Virus record (IMG/VR): IMGVR_UViG_3300044953_000426
Coordinates: 2,458 to 66,457 of that record
Length of the DNA: 64,000 nucleotides
Reading direction: 5' to 3' (one strand)
Source: a virus
Below, piece by piece: positions 49,422-58,556 of this stretch. How positions within the stretch are numbered: position 1 is the first letter of the stretch; every line of letters begins with the position of its first letter. The notes under the pieces were generated by a model. It saw only the letters and a program-made list of their open reading frames with translations, was not told the DNA's origin and searched no databases. Both the position numbers and the translations under genes were made by a program.

Positions 49422-51293
49422 TTAATAAGTTACTACTTTACCGTAAATGTCAGTGTTAGGAAATCTTACTTCAAAAATCATTGGATCTACTGAAGGATAA
49501 ATAACTCCTTGTTTTGTAGCAGCAGCTATATCATATGAGTATGGAGAATAATTACCACCAGCTAAGTTTACAATTTCTACTTTAACAACTGATTGAACTC
49601 CCATTACAATACCAATTAAATTATAAATATTTGAGTAAATAATTGGTTGATTAATTTCCCATTTGTCTATGTCAAAATATTCTTTAACAGTGGTTATAGC
49701 TCTAGTTAATACTTCTTGTGAATTATAAGCTGGTGATACTGTTATATCAAATGATACTTTTATATTAGCATAGTAAGCATCTTTAATTAAAATAGCGTCA
49801 CTAGCCATTTTATGATATGCTAAGTATGTTTTTAAATTTTGTTTAATAGCATCTGTAGTTCTAGTTATTTTACCATCAATATTATTTGATAAAATATAAA
49901 CTGAAAGAGCTAATGGATTATTAGTTACAAAATTTTGTCTATCAGTATCATTAGCTACTAAATAATCTTGTGTCACATAAGCTTTACTTATATAACCAAA
50001 CTTAGCAGGCATAGATAAAGCGCGAACTAAATAATCAGCTTTAGTTACATTTCTATTTTGAGTTGGAAAATTAGCCAATGCTTGTAAACGAATTTGTTCT
50101 GTTGTTTCACCTGGACCACCACCTGATGAAGGATTAGGATTATTAAAACGTATTGAATTCCTCATAGATGTAACTAAATTAGCATCTAAATTATAAGAAT
50201 CAATAAATGTATTTATAGTACTATTTATGTTTATATCATCAGATGGTAAATTAGTCTCAATTCCTCCTCCAACAACATATTGTACTGTTAAAGTTGTGTT
50301 TGAAGGAGCAATACCATACTCATTTGTATATAAGAAATTTGATGGATCATAAGCTTGATTTAACTTAGAGATACCATCAACTAAACCTAAGCCAACATTG
50401 TCTGGATTAGGAATAATAGTTTCATCAGATACTGATGTTACACCACTACCAAATTCTAAAGTTAAATTATTATCATCATCAAAACGAGATACAAAACGTC
50501 TTGGTACTCGTTTTAAACGTAACATAAAACGAGTATTATCATTTTCATCAGCATAATTAGGTTCATTAACAGGTATATTTAATGATTCATCAAATACAGT
50601 ATCTTGAGCTAAATAAGGTACTTCATACCATTGGTTTCCATCACTATCTGTAACACCTAATATTTGAATAATATTAGAGTCATTTATAGTAACAATAGGA
50701 AATTGTTGAGGGGCACTAAATGTAAAGTTAGTTGTTTTAATTTGTCCTGAGTATGCTTTTACTTGTTTTTTAAGTAGATAAAATTGTGGGTCACCTAAAC
50801 CATCATATTGGTATACAGAAACACTTGTAGGATCAAATGAGGATGAAAATCCAAAGTCAATTAATTCTTCAGTTATAAAGTTTATAGTTGGATTTGATCT
50901 AGATTGAACAGTTGAACCTTGTTCAATTCTAAAAGTGTAACGATAGTCAGGATTATAATTAGGAGCACCAGTTGAAGGTATTTGTTGATAAACATCTAAA
51001 GCAACTGTTGAAGCTATAGTTACTTTAGGTCTGTAACCTAAAGCATAAGCTAAAGCTATAATATTTCTTCTTTCCTGAGCGTATAAAAGTAAAGTTTCTT
51101 GTAATTGATTATCAGTGTAAAATGATAAAACATCACCTACATACGCGGCCATTTCAATAAACATATTACCAGGGGAAGATGGACTAAAGTCCATATATGT
51201 GTTTTGGAAATATGTTCTAGCATAGTTAATAAGATCTTGTCGTAATGAAACAAAATCTTTATTATAATATTTTATATCTGGTTGTATTGCCAT
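49422..51293 (-). CDS. gp6: Baseplate wedge protein (T4 gp6-like)
   Basis: KDFVSLRQDL, AYVGDVLSFY, LGYRP, FGSG, QNRNVTKADY. Confidence 0.9.
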   Translation of the reverse strand: MAIQPDIKYYNKDFVSLRQDLINYARTYFQNTYMDFSPSSPGNMFIEMAAYVGDVLSFYTDNQLQETLLLYAQERRNIIALAYALGYRPKVTIASTVALDVYQQIPSTGAPNYNPDYRYTFRIEQGSTVQSRSNPTINFITEELIDFGFSSSFDPTSVSVYQYDGLGDPQFYLLKKQVKAYSGQIKTTNFTFSAPQQFPIVTINDSNIIQILGVTDSDGNQWYEVPYLAQDTVFDESLNIPVNEPNYADENDNTRFMLRLKRVPRRFVSRFDDDNNLTLEFGSGVTSVSDETIIPNPDNVGLGLVDGISKLNQAYDPSNFLYTNEYGIAPSNTTLTVQYVVGGGIETNLPSDDININSTINTFIDSYNLDANLVTSMRNSIRFNNPNPSSGGGPGETTEQIRLQALANFPTQNRNVTKADYLVRALSMPAKFGYISKAYVTQDYLVANDTDRQNFVTNNPLALSVYILSNNIDGKITRTTDAIKQNLKTYLAYHKMASDAILIKDAYYANIKVSFDITVSPAYNSQEVLTRAITTVKEYFDIDKWEINQPIIYSNIYNLIGIVMGVQSVVKVEIVNLAGGNYSPYSYDIAAATKQGVIYPSVDPMIFEVRFPNTDIYGKVVTY

Positions 51294-51294
51294 T

Positions 51295-51729
51295 TTATCT
51301 AATTAAATTAATAAGTCCTCTTGTTTCAACATTTACTACAATTTGTTGATTTTGTTGGTTAAGTTGATAGTTTATAATTATATTAACTAAATTATTATCA
51401 GGATCTCTTTTAATAATTATAGACTGCAAAATAATATTAAACACATATTGTAATATTTCTGTTTCTAACCTAGCAGCTATAGACTCAAAAGCACTATCAT
51501 CATTAGCCTGAAATATAGCTCGTCTAACATCTCCACCAAAATTAGGATCATATAAGCGCTCACCTTTATTTGTTAAAATATAATTAATTAAATTAGATTT
51601 AATTTGATCTTTAGTTGTGATTGTTGAATTAAAAACACTAATGTTATTACTATATAATACACTAATACCAATACCTCTAGGTTGTCCTAAATCTTGAGGA
51701 TTGAGTCTGTATATTTGTCTAATAGCCAT
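51295..51729 (-). CDS. gp25: Baseplate wedge subunit (T4 gp25-like)
   Basis: QIKSNLINYILTNKGERLYDPNFG. Confidence 0.88.
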   Translation of the reverse strand: MAIRQIYRLNPQDLGQPRGIGISVLYSNNISVFNSTITTKDQIKSNLINYILTNKGERLYDPNFGGDVRRAIFQANDDSAFESIAARLETEILQYVFNIILQSIIIKRDPDNNLVNIIINYQLNQQNQQIVVNVETRGLINLIR

Positions 51730-52184
51730 TAAATTTGTCCGTTTTGTTTCATTTTACCCATCAAGGCACTAAAGTCAGGAACAGCATCTATTCTAACTGA
51801 ATTAATATCTCCAGCTGGTCTTGTACTAGCTAACATTTGGTCAACACTATTTACAACAGGTACATCAACAGGTCCACCAAAACCTTGAGCCATATTTGAA
51901 TTCATATTAGCTACTGAACGCCAATCACTAGTAGTAGCTGTTTCATTCAATATCTCATTTAAGATATTATTTTGAGTAAAGTTTACAGGTTTAAGGAGCT
52001 GTGTAGGTTTGGCAGGTTTTATAGATTCAACCATGGAATTTTTTACAGTGGTTTTTTTGGCCTCTGCCACCACTGGCTTGGACTCTGGTGTCTCAAGCAA
52101 TATTCCTAGCTCTTTCCTTACAACAGCTTGTACTTCTTCACGTATAACCTTACGTAATAATTTAATAAATGTATCAGCTTTCAT
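51729..52184 (-). CDS. Hypothetical protein with an internal-protein-type leader
   Basis: Likely start MKADTFIKLLRKVIREEV at 52184, promoter motif 4 nt upstream. Confidence 0.65.
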   Translation of the reverse strand: MKADTFIKLLRKVIREEVQAVVRKELGILLETPESKPVVAEAKKTTVKNSMVESIKPAKPTQLLKPVNFTQNNILNEILNETATTSDWRSVANMNSNMAQGFGGPVDVPVVNSVDQMLASTRPAGDINSVRIDAVPDFSALMGKMKQNGQI

Positions 52185-52200
52185 ATCTATAAATATTTTA

Positions 52201-53427
52201 TTATCCAAGTATTGATTTAATTTCTTCAAGTAGTTGAGCATCAGTCTTAATACGACTTGGTGCTGTTTGTGTTATTTTTAATTTACTAAATGAATCTAAC
52301 GCCTGATATTGACGTTGTTCATTAGGTAGTGTTATAAGTTTAAGTATGTATGATTTACCATTAGCACTTGTATAGTCTTCAGTGTCAGGTACAGCCACAT
52401 TAGCTTCAGCTAAAGCAGATGTTAAATCATTATTATTAGTATTTGTAGAATCATTAACAATATTAAATTGTAGTTGGTTGATTTTGATTTGTATTTTACT
52501 CAACATTTCTTTAAATATGGTTAAAAATAATTGAGCAGCAGTTATAGCATTTTGATATGTTTCAACTTTTTTATTATCTTTTTCTAGTTGTTGTAAACTT
52601 CTAATAATACTAAGTAAAGTAGATCCAGCTGTTGGTTTAGCACCTCCTGGTGATGGGGCAGCTAATTCAGCTGATATTTTAGCTAATCTAACTAATAATA
52701 ATTTTTGTTTAACTTTAATATATATTTTAATAACTGATAGAGCTATGTTTAAAGCTTTAATAATATTAGTTAAAATATTAATGTTATTTTGAAGTGTTAT
52801 TACTGATTTTTTGATATTAGAAACATGTCTATCAAAGTTATTTTTAAAAGTAGTATAATTACTTGAATCATTAGGTACAAATGTAAATACACTATTAACA
52901 ATAGTTAATGTACCTTTATTTTGAAGTTGTTTTTTAGTATCTTTAGTTAATTTTTTTATTAATAAGTCAGCTATATTTTCAGCTCTAATAAATTGAAGTA
53001 ATATAGGAGTGACTATAGCTGCTAATTTAGCCTTATTATCTTTAACACTTTGTTTAACTTGATCTTTTAAAAATCCTTTTTTATCATCAAGTGATTTTTT
53101 TAGTTCATCAATTTTTTTCTTTTCTTGATCTTTACGATCTTTTATTTGTTTTTTTACCTCATCTAGTTTATTTTTAACTTCATTTAAATTTGGTAATTTA
53201 GATGTGAAGTTTTGAAGTTGTGTAGGATCTAATTTTTTAAACTGATCAATAGGTATATTATTAAGTGATGCTAATTTTTCAGGAGGTAAATTTTTAATAG
53301 CATCAAGTTGAGCAGGACTTAACTGTTTAAGTTTATTAGGATCTAAAGTAGAAGTTAATTCTTTAGGTAAATTATTTAAATTACCTGGTTGTGAGTATTG
53401 TGGTGGTATGTTTCCTAAAGTTCCCAT
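52201..53427 (-). CDS. Hypothetical coiled-coil protein with N-terminal helical repeats
   Basis: LDPNKLKQLSPAQL-type repeats; long amphipathic helices. Confidence 0.65.
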   Translation of the reverse strand: MGTLGNIPPQYSQPGNLNNLPKELTSTLDPNKLKQLSPAQLDAIKNLPPEKLASLNNIPIDQFKKLDPTQLQNFTSKLPNLNEVKNKLDEVKKQIKDRKDQEKKKIDELKKSLDDKKGFLKDQVKQSVKDNKAKLAAIVTPILLQFIRAENIADLLIKKLTKDTKKQLQNKGTLTIVNSVFTFVPNDSSNYTTFKNNFDRHVSNIKKSVITLQNNINILTNIIKALNIALSVIKIYIKVKQKLLLVRLAKISAELAAPSPGGAKPTAGSTLLSIIRSLQQLEKDNKKVETYQNAITAAQLFLTIFKEMLSKIQIKINQLQFNIVNDSTNTNNNDLTSALAEANVAVPDTEDYTSANGKSYILKLITLPNEQRQYQALDSFSKLKITQTAPSRIKTDAQLLEEIKSILG

Positions 53428-53428
53428 T

Positions 53429-53869
53429 TTATATAGTTGCTACAGTATCTGATTTAACATTACCTGGTTCAGCTAAAGAATTTCTAGTGTTTTGCATCTT
53501 TATCTTTAAATAAGCAGATGCTATAGTAGCTAATGGAGGAAAATTAACAGCAGCTTCCATCATTTTACTATAATTAGATAAAGCATCATTTTGATCATTC
53601 ACAGTTGACTCTAAAGCATCAGCTTTAGTAATTGGTTCAACTGTTCTACCTTTAGTATCATATCCTAATTGAATGTATGGAGAATTGATAATAAAAAAGT
53701 TAGTTGGGTCTGTTGTTCCTTTAGGGCCAACATCTAGTCTAACAGAATCACCAGCTGTAAAGTGAATAATTCCTTTTGATTTTATTTGAATGTCATCACT
53801 AGTTGAGTTGAAAACTAAACGTTCTGATGATATTAATATTTGTTCTCCTTTATATGATGTTGTAGCCAT
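53429..53869 (-). CDS. Baseplate spike C-terminal (beta-helix-like) segment
   Basis: GEQILISSERLVFNS..IQLG..EPI beta-strand run. Confidence 0.5.
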   Translation of the reverse strand: MATTSYKGEQILISSERLVFNSTSDDIQIKSKGIIHFTAGDSVRLDVGPKGTTDPTNFFIINSPYIQLGYDTKGRTVEPITKADALESTVNDQNDALSNYSKMMEAAVNFPPLATIASAYLKIKMQNTRNSLAEPGNVKSDTVATI

Positions 53870-53871
53870 TA

Positions 53872-55263
53872 TTATTTTAATTTACTATTTATAAAGTTTT
53901 TTAATTCTTGGCTATTATATATATTTTTAAAATTATCTTCATATCCTTGAGCTTTGTTACTGTTTACTAAATTATTAGCTCCTTTAAAGGTTGTGTAATT
54001 ACTAGCTACATCTCCTCTTATTTTCTTTACAGTTCCATTAGGTAAAGTCACACTCACTATTGAACCAACATTATAATTATTAACTTTTTCAGGAGTATTT
54101 GTATATGCTAATAAACCAATTCCTAAAGCGCATACTCCTCCTTCAAACATAGATCTTAAAAATATTTCAGTAGCAAATTTTGTGTTAACTAGATCAGGAT
54201 TATTTAAAAATTTATTTTCATCTCCATAAAGTTTTTTACCAATGTTTCTATAACCAAATTTAAAAGTTAATCCATAATATCCTCTACCTCTATATTTGTA
54301 ACCATCACCTGATGATTCAGAACCATTTCCATATTTGTTAGCATATGTGGCGTTGAATATATTTTTTGGATTAGCTGTTTTAGCATTACCACTAGCTTTT
54401 TTACCTTCATCTCCAGGTTTAACTCCAAATTTAGCATAGAATGTATTTAATGTATTAAATCCACTTTTTAATATTTTAGCTCTTTGAGCTGTATTAAATG
54501 TATGGTTTGGATTTTCAGATTGAGGAGTGAAACGAGTTTCAGTATAAGCTACTAAACACATAGCTAATAATCTATTCATAGCATCAGGATATTTAGATTT
54601 ATCAGCTATCATTGGATATTTAGCTATAGCATTATTAATCATTAATTTAGCAGCTTCTATTATTTGTTTATTATTTTTAGAAGTAACACCATCTCTTTCA
54701 GCATTGTATAATGCTTGAACTTGAACATTATATCCAGCTGTTGCTATCCATAATAAACCATCAATAATTTCTACAGTTTTGTAATAATCAATATCATCAA
54801 ATATTTGAGAACTAGATTGGATAAATCCAAGTTCATCTTCTGGTAGATATTCTAAAGCAGGTTGAGGTGGAGTAGATTGTTTTATTGGTAAAGTAGGTGT
54901 TGGGGTTGGGGTTGGTGTTATTGTACCTGATGGTAACGGAGTTGGGGTTGGGGTTATTGTTGTTACTACAATTATTTTATTTGGATCTACTTGAGCAGAT
55001 TCAATATATGTTTCTTCATTATTATTTCCTATAGGAAAAGCTATGTTTTGATCAGCTTTTAAAACAGCTATAATATTACCTAAATAACCATCAACAGGAA
55101 TATTACCATTATAATTTTGAAGATTATCTAATTCATTATCTTTTACTCCTGAATAAAGAATAACACTTCCATCAGCTCGAGCTGTTATACCATTAGATTG
55201 TCTTCCTTCAATACTAACATCTCCTGGGTTTATGTCTCTAAAAAATTGTTTTTTATTAGCCAT
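53872..55263 (-). CDS. Tail-associated GH19-like muramidase with TP linker
   Basis: GDVSIEGRQSN N-terminus; ETRF..SEN; YANKYGNG..GDGYKYRGRGYYGLT. Confidence 0.7.
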   Translation of the reverse strand: MANKKQFFRDINPGDVSIEGRQSNGITARADGSVILYSGVKDNELDNLQNYNGNIPVDGYLGNIIAVLKADQNIAFPIGNNNEETYIESAQVDPNKIIVVTTITPTPTPLPSGTITPTPTPTPTLPIKQSTPPQPALEYLPEDELGFIQSSSQIFDDIDYYKTVEIIDGLLWIATAGYNVQVQALYNAERDGVTSKNNKQIIEAAKLMINNAIAKYPMIADKSKYPDAMNRLLAMCLVAYTETRFTPQSENPNHTFNTAQRAKILKSGFNTLNTFYAKFGVKPGDEGKKASGNAKTANPKNIFNATYANKYGNGSESSGDGYKYRGRGYYGLTFKFGYRNIGKKLYGDENKFLNNPDLVNTKFATEIFLRSMFEGGVCALGIGLLAYTNTPEKVNNYNVGSIVSVTLPNGTVKKIRGDVASNYTTFKGANNLVNSNKAQGYEDNFKNIYNSQELKNFINSKLK

Positions 55264-55750
55264 TATTTATAATAACATTTGATGGTAGTTGATTAATTCC
55301 AATATCATTAAGTTTATAATTCAAATTATTATCAGGTGATATTATTGTTTGATCTTGAAGAACTTTATTATCATCAACAGTTACTTGAGATGAAATAGTA
55401 CCTAAAATATAATATAAAACTTGGTCATATTGACTAGCAAGATTTCCAACTCTATTATTAGGTCCAGGAATTAAAGGAACTAATTCACCTATTTGAGGTA
55501 AACGAGTAAAATTAGGATTAAAATTATGAGCTATACCTGTTACTTTATTTGGTTTATTTAAAGCAGATACACCTAAATTATTCTGAATAGTTTCATATGT
55601 GATAGATCTATCTTGTAAATTAATAGTAATAACTCTACCATATTGTATAGCTTGACCAGGTAATGGAATAAATCCTCCACCACCTCCAATATATTGATTA
55701 CTAGCAGCTGTAGCATTTCCAGTTATTATAAAATTATCCCTATCAGCCAT
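55256..55750 (-). CDS. Baseplate hub / gp5 N-terminal OB-fold-like protein
   Basis: YGRVITI..RLPQIGELV..YYI pattern. Confidence 0.5.
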   Translation of the reverse strand: MADRDNFIITGNATAASNQYIGGGGGFIPLPGQAIQYGRVITINLQDRSITYETIQNNLGVSALNKPNKVTGIAHNFNPNFTRLPQIGELVPLIPGPNNRVGNLASQYDQVLYYILGTISSQVTVDDNKVLQDQTIISPDNNLNYKLNDIGINQLPSNVIINNG

Positions 55751-56102
55751 TATTTAATTGTTTTGGCTCTTCAATTTTAATACCACTAATTTCTTGGAAT
55801 AATAATTCTTTATCACGCTCACTCAATATACCTCCATCACTATCACTTGTAGTATTAGACATAGCACGTTGAACAATACCAGCCATTTTAATAAGGGCTT
55901 CATCATTCTTAACTGCTATTTCCATATACTCCTTAAGTAATGGTACAAGCATCATTGCATCACCTGGCTCTTGAATCATTGGTTTGAGCTGGTCGATTAA
56001 TGATTTGATTTCCTTTTCCTTACGGTTTGCATTCTTGTATATATCTTCAAGTAAGCTTGAAAAGGTTTTATCTTTAAATATAACTTGGTTGAAATCCATC
56101 AT
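55743..56102 (-). CDS. Hypothetical helical protein
   Basis: Intact ORF with promoter motif at 56114-56121. Confidence 0.65.
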   Translation of the reverse strand: MMDFNQVIFKDKTFSSLLEDIYKNANRKEKEIKSLIDQLKPMIQEPGDAMMLVPLLKEYMEIAVKNDEALIKMAGIVQRAMSNTTSDSDGGILSERDKELLFQEISGIKIEEPKQLNNG

Positions 56103-56137
56103 TCCTATTTAATATAAATATGGAAGATGTAAAGAGT

Positions 56138-56887
56138 TTATAACGCCATAGTAATACATCCATGCTCATAAAACTCATTATACTTACGAACATATATAAC
56201 TTTTAGGCGTTTGATTATTTTAGTAATTTGAGGTGTTGATGCCTCAGTCATTTCCTTAATATAGATGTATAAGGCTTTCTTATTGAATATATCTAAGTTT
56301 TCACTTTTTCTAAATAATTCCATTATACCATCAGCGATTTGAGCATCACGCTGTTTTGGAAATAATATAAACATATTATGGTCTATATATTTAGTAAATT
56401 GTTTTAAAAATGATGTTGGTTTAAGATCATTATCTTTTTCACTAGTATTTATAAGATCAATTAATATTGATTTATCTTCATCAACTGCTTCAACAGGTGC
56501 TTTATCTTTTAGCTTCTTATAATTTGTATTATTATATAAAATAAGATAGCGTTTAGCAATAGTACCAAAATAAGAATAAGCCTTTCCTTTACTTTGATCA
56601 TATAGGTGTAATTTTTCAAGAAGAAAGGCAACAACTTCATGTTGGAGCTCAGGAATTGTATCCACTTCTGTATAGTAAAACTTAAAAGTGTGAATGATAT
56701 TCTCAGCTAATTTATGAAACGCATAATTAATTTTTTCATTAAAAAGTTTATTTCGTTTTTTAGGACTTCTTAATCTCAAATATTCAATAATAGCATCCTC
56801 AGTTTCTTTAGTAAAATAATTAATTGACTGTTTTGGTTTGCGTTTACGGACAGTCCCTTTCTTGGTTAGTAATACTTCTTCACTCAT
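56138..56887 (-). CDS. Late-transcription sigma factor (T4 gp55-like)
   Basis: NYFT.E, KLAENI, YDQSKGKAYSYFGTIAKRYLI sigma region-2 pattern. Confidence 0.75.
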   Translation of the reverse strand: MSEEVLLTKKGTVRKRKPKQSINYFTKETEDAIIEYLRLRSPKKRNKLFNEKINYAFHKLAENIIHTFKFYYTEVDTIPELQHEVVAFLLEKLHLYDQSKGKAYSYFGTIAKRYLILYNNTNYKKLKDKAPVEAVDEDKSILIDLINTSEKDNDLKPTSFLKQFTKYIDHNMFILFPKQRDAQIADGIMELFRKSENLDIFNKKALYIYIKEMTEASTPQITKIIKRLKVIYVRKYNEFYEHGCITMAL

Positions 56888-56888
56888 T

Positions 56889-57161
56889 TTAATTCTTCAA
56901 ATAGTGAGTTAATGAATCCTGTATATTTTGTAAATTACGGAAGAAGAAACCAATCTGATCATCGGATTTAAATGCTTCTGTTAAATCAACAGTGTGAAGT
57001 TGTTTATTTGATTCTTCAACTATAGCAGCTACACTATCAATAATGATCTTTTGTTTAGTAGCAATTTGCTCTAATTTAGTTACTTTTTGATTTAAGTTCC
57101 AAATGATGTATCCAAATATTGTGAATATCCATAATATAATTGAAATAATTCCTAGTATCAT
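56889..57161 (-). CDS. Membrane-anchored hypothetical protein
   Basis: N-terminal TM helix; FKSDDQIGFFF. Confidence 0.65.
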   Translation of the reverse strand: MILGIISIILWIFTIFGYIIWNLNQKVTKLEQIATKQKIIIDSVAAIVEESNKQLHTVDLTEAFKSDDQIGFFFRNLQNIQDSLTHYLKN

Positions 57162-57165
57162 AGTA

Positions 57166-57945
57166 TTATATATTTTTCATTAGTTCAGCTAAAGCGGGAT
57201 TAGCCATTGTTTTAAGGACTTTTTGCTTAATAGCTGAATTATTTTTATTTGATTTAAAGTTGTTTGTTTTAGATTCTTTAGGTTGTTCTTGCTTTGGACC
57301 TAGCAACTTAGGTAACCACTCCTTCTCAAATTCAACTCTGGCGGCCATCAAATCTGCTTGATGTATAACATATATAATTGATGTACGTGGTTTAGTCTCT
57401 GGATTGAAAGTAATTAGATACGGCTTATTAGCTTCGTCATATAATCCATCATGTAATTTAATAGCTAATATTTCATTTTTAGTAGGTATGATTCCATTGT
57501 TAATTAATAATTGTAATCCACGATCAGGAACAGTCATATATTCTAAACGATCATTAAACATATAATTTTCGTTTAGTTTATCTCGTCTCCATTGGTCTGT
57601 TTGTTCAATGTATGCTGCTTCTTCTTCTGTTCCAAATTTTCCCAAATCATGATTGATAGCTGAGAATATAAGTTCTTCAAGAGTATATGTATCAATCATA
57701 CCTGTTTCTCTCCAAACAAAATCAATTTTAAGAGCACCTTCAACTACTCGATTCACATGATCAATATATCCACCTGGAAAACAGTTGTGGTATTGAGGAC
57801 GGTGTGAAGCAGGCATCATTATGAAGCGTTCTTCATGTTTAAGGTAAAATTGTTTAAGTTTTTTACCTCGTTCATCTGAAATATATTCATCAATATATTC
57901 AAGAAATGTATCCCAATTTGATTTAATTTGTTCTGGTGTTAGCAT
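57166..57945 (-). CDS. HD-domain phosphohydrolase (YhaM-like)
   Basis: PAS..HNCFPGGYIDH, HDLGK, HDG and HQAD motifs. Confidence 0.85.
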   Translation of the reverse strand: MLTPEQIKSNWDTFLEYIDEYISDERGKKLKQFYLKHEERFIMMPASHRPQYHNCFPGGYIDHVNRVVEGALKIDFVWRETGMIDTYTLEELIFSAINHDLGKFGTEEEAAYIEQTDQWRRDKLNENYMFNDRLEYMTVPDRGLQLLINNGIIPTKNEILAIKLHDGLYDEANKPYLITFNPETKPRTSIIYVIHQADLMAARVEFEKEWLPKLLGPKQEQPKESKTNNFKSNKNNSAIKQKVLKTMANPALAELMKNI

Positions 57946-57950
57946 AACTT

Positions 57951-58124
57951 TTATTGTTCTGAGTTAATTAATGTACGAATTTCTTCAACTTTATCTTTTA
58001 ATTTACTAAGTATTTCTTTAGCTAATAATACTGTGAATTTAGGATTTGAAAATTGTGCTTCAAAACCAATTAACATGTTTTCAAGTTGATCTAATTTGTT
58101 TTCTACTGGTTGTTTATATCTCAT
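57951..58124 (-). CDS. Small helical hypothetical protein (57 aa)
   Basis: Manual translation MRYKQPVENKLDQLENMLIGFEAQFSNPKFTVLLAKEILSKLKDKVEEIRTLINSEQ; ATGA-coupled to the glutaredoxin gene. Confidence 0.7.
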   Translation of the reverse strand: MRYKQPVENKLDQLENMLIGFEAQFSNPKFTVLLAKEILSKLKDKVEEIRTLINSEQ

Positions 58125-58426
58125 ATATATCTTTTTATAATATTAATTAAGTCTGGTATTGTATCAAATGTAAGTAATTTATCTGATGTCTCCAACTCTG
58201 TTTCTGAGATGATAGTAATTACTTTAACTCCCAAATCAATGAATACAATTGGGTATGATTTAGTTTTAAATTTGTCCTCTATTTTATCAGCAAATTCATT
58301 AAATTTATAAGCATCAATATTCTCATAGGTTATCCCTTCAGCGTCTAATTCACTCTTCAACCAATCACAATAATCACAATCATCTAATGTCAATAACCTT
58401 ATTCCTACTTCACTCTTATTATTCAT
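58121..58426 (-). CDS. Glutaredoxin-like protein
   Basis: CDYC active site and SYPIVFI cis-Pro motif. Confidence 0.8.
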   Translation of the reverse strand: MNNKSEVGIRLLTLDDCDYCDWLKSELDAEGITYENIDAYKFNEFADKIEDKFKTKSYPIVFIDLGVKVITIISETELETSDKLLTFDTIPDLINIIKRYI

Positions 58427-58505
58427 AAGTTACTTATTAGTGCTCTAAAAAAAATATGGAAAATTCTCTGGGAGGCCAAATTTTTTTTGATGTTTATATA
58501 TAAAT

Positions 58506-58537
58506 ATATAAGAGAGGTGAACTCACGCTCACCCCTC
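58506..58537 (-). terminator. Terminator-like hairpin after the AAA ATPase gene
   Basis: GAGGGGUGAGC-guga-GUUCACCUCUC followed by UUAU; weak U-tract. Confidence 0.5.
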
Positions 58538-58556
58538 AGGCTAATCAACACCAACA

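Larger units (their letters stand above)
484..58507 (-). promoter_or_regulatory. Dispersed phage promoter motif ATATTTAT (ATAAATAT on the plus strand)
   Basis: Near gene starts at 484, 738, 6239, 6943, 10139, 12737, 15218, 17139, 18748, 20649, 21184, 23385, 31153, 31508, 34493, 36832, 39029, 42445, 48794, 52189, 56114 and 58500. Confidence 0.75.

Noticed and set aside
55743-56102. Terminase small subunit
   Set aside because: Size and helicity fit, but I recognise no diagnostic motif, so it is left as hypothetical.
484-58507. TATAAATA read as canonical T4 late promoters firing on the plus strand
   Set aside because: There are no plus-strand genes to serve, and the fixed spacing to minus-strand start codons supports the opposite orientation.
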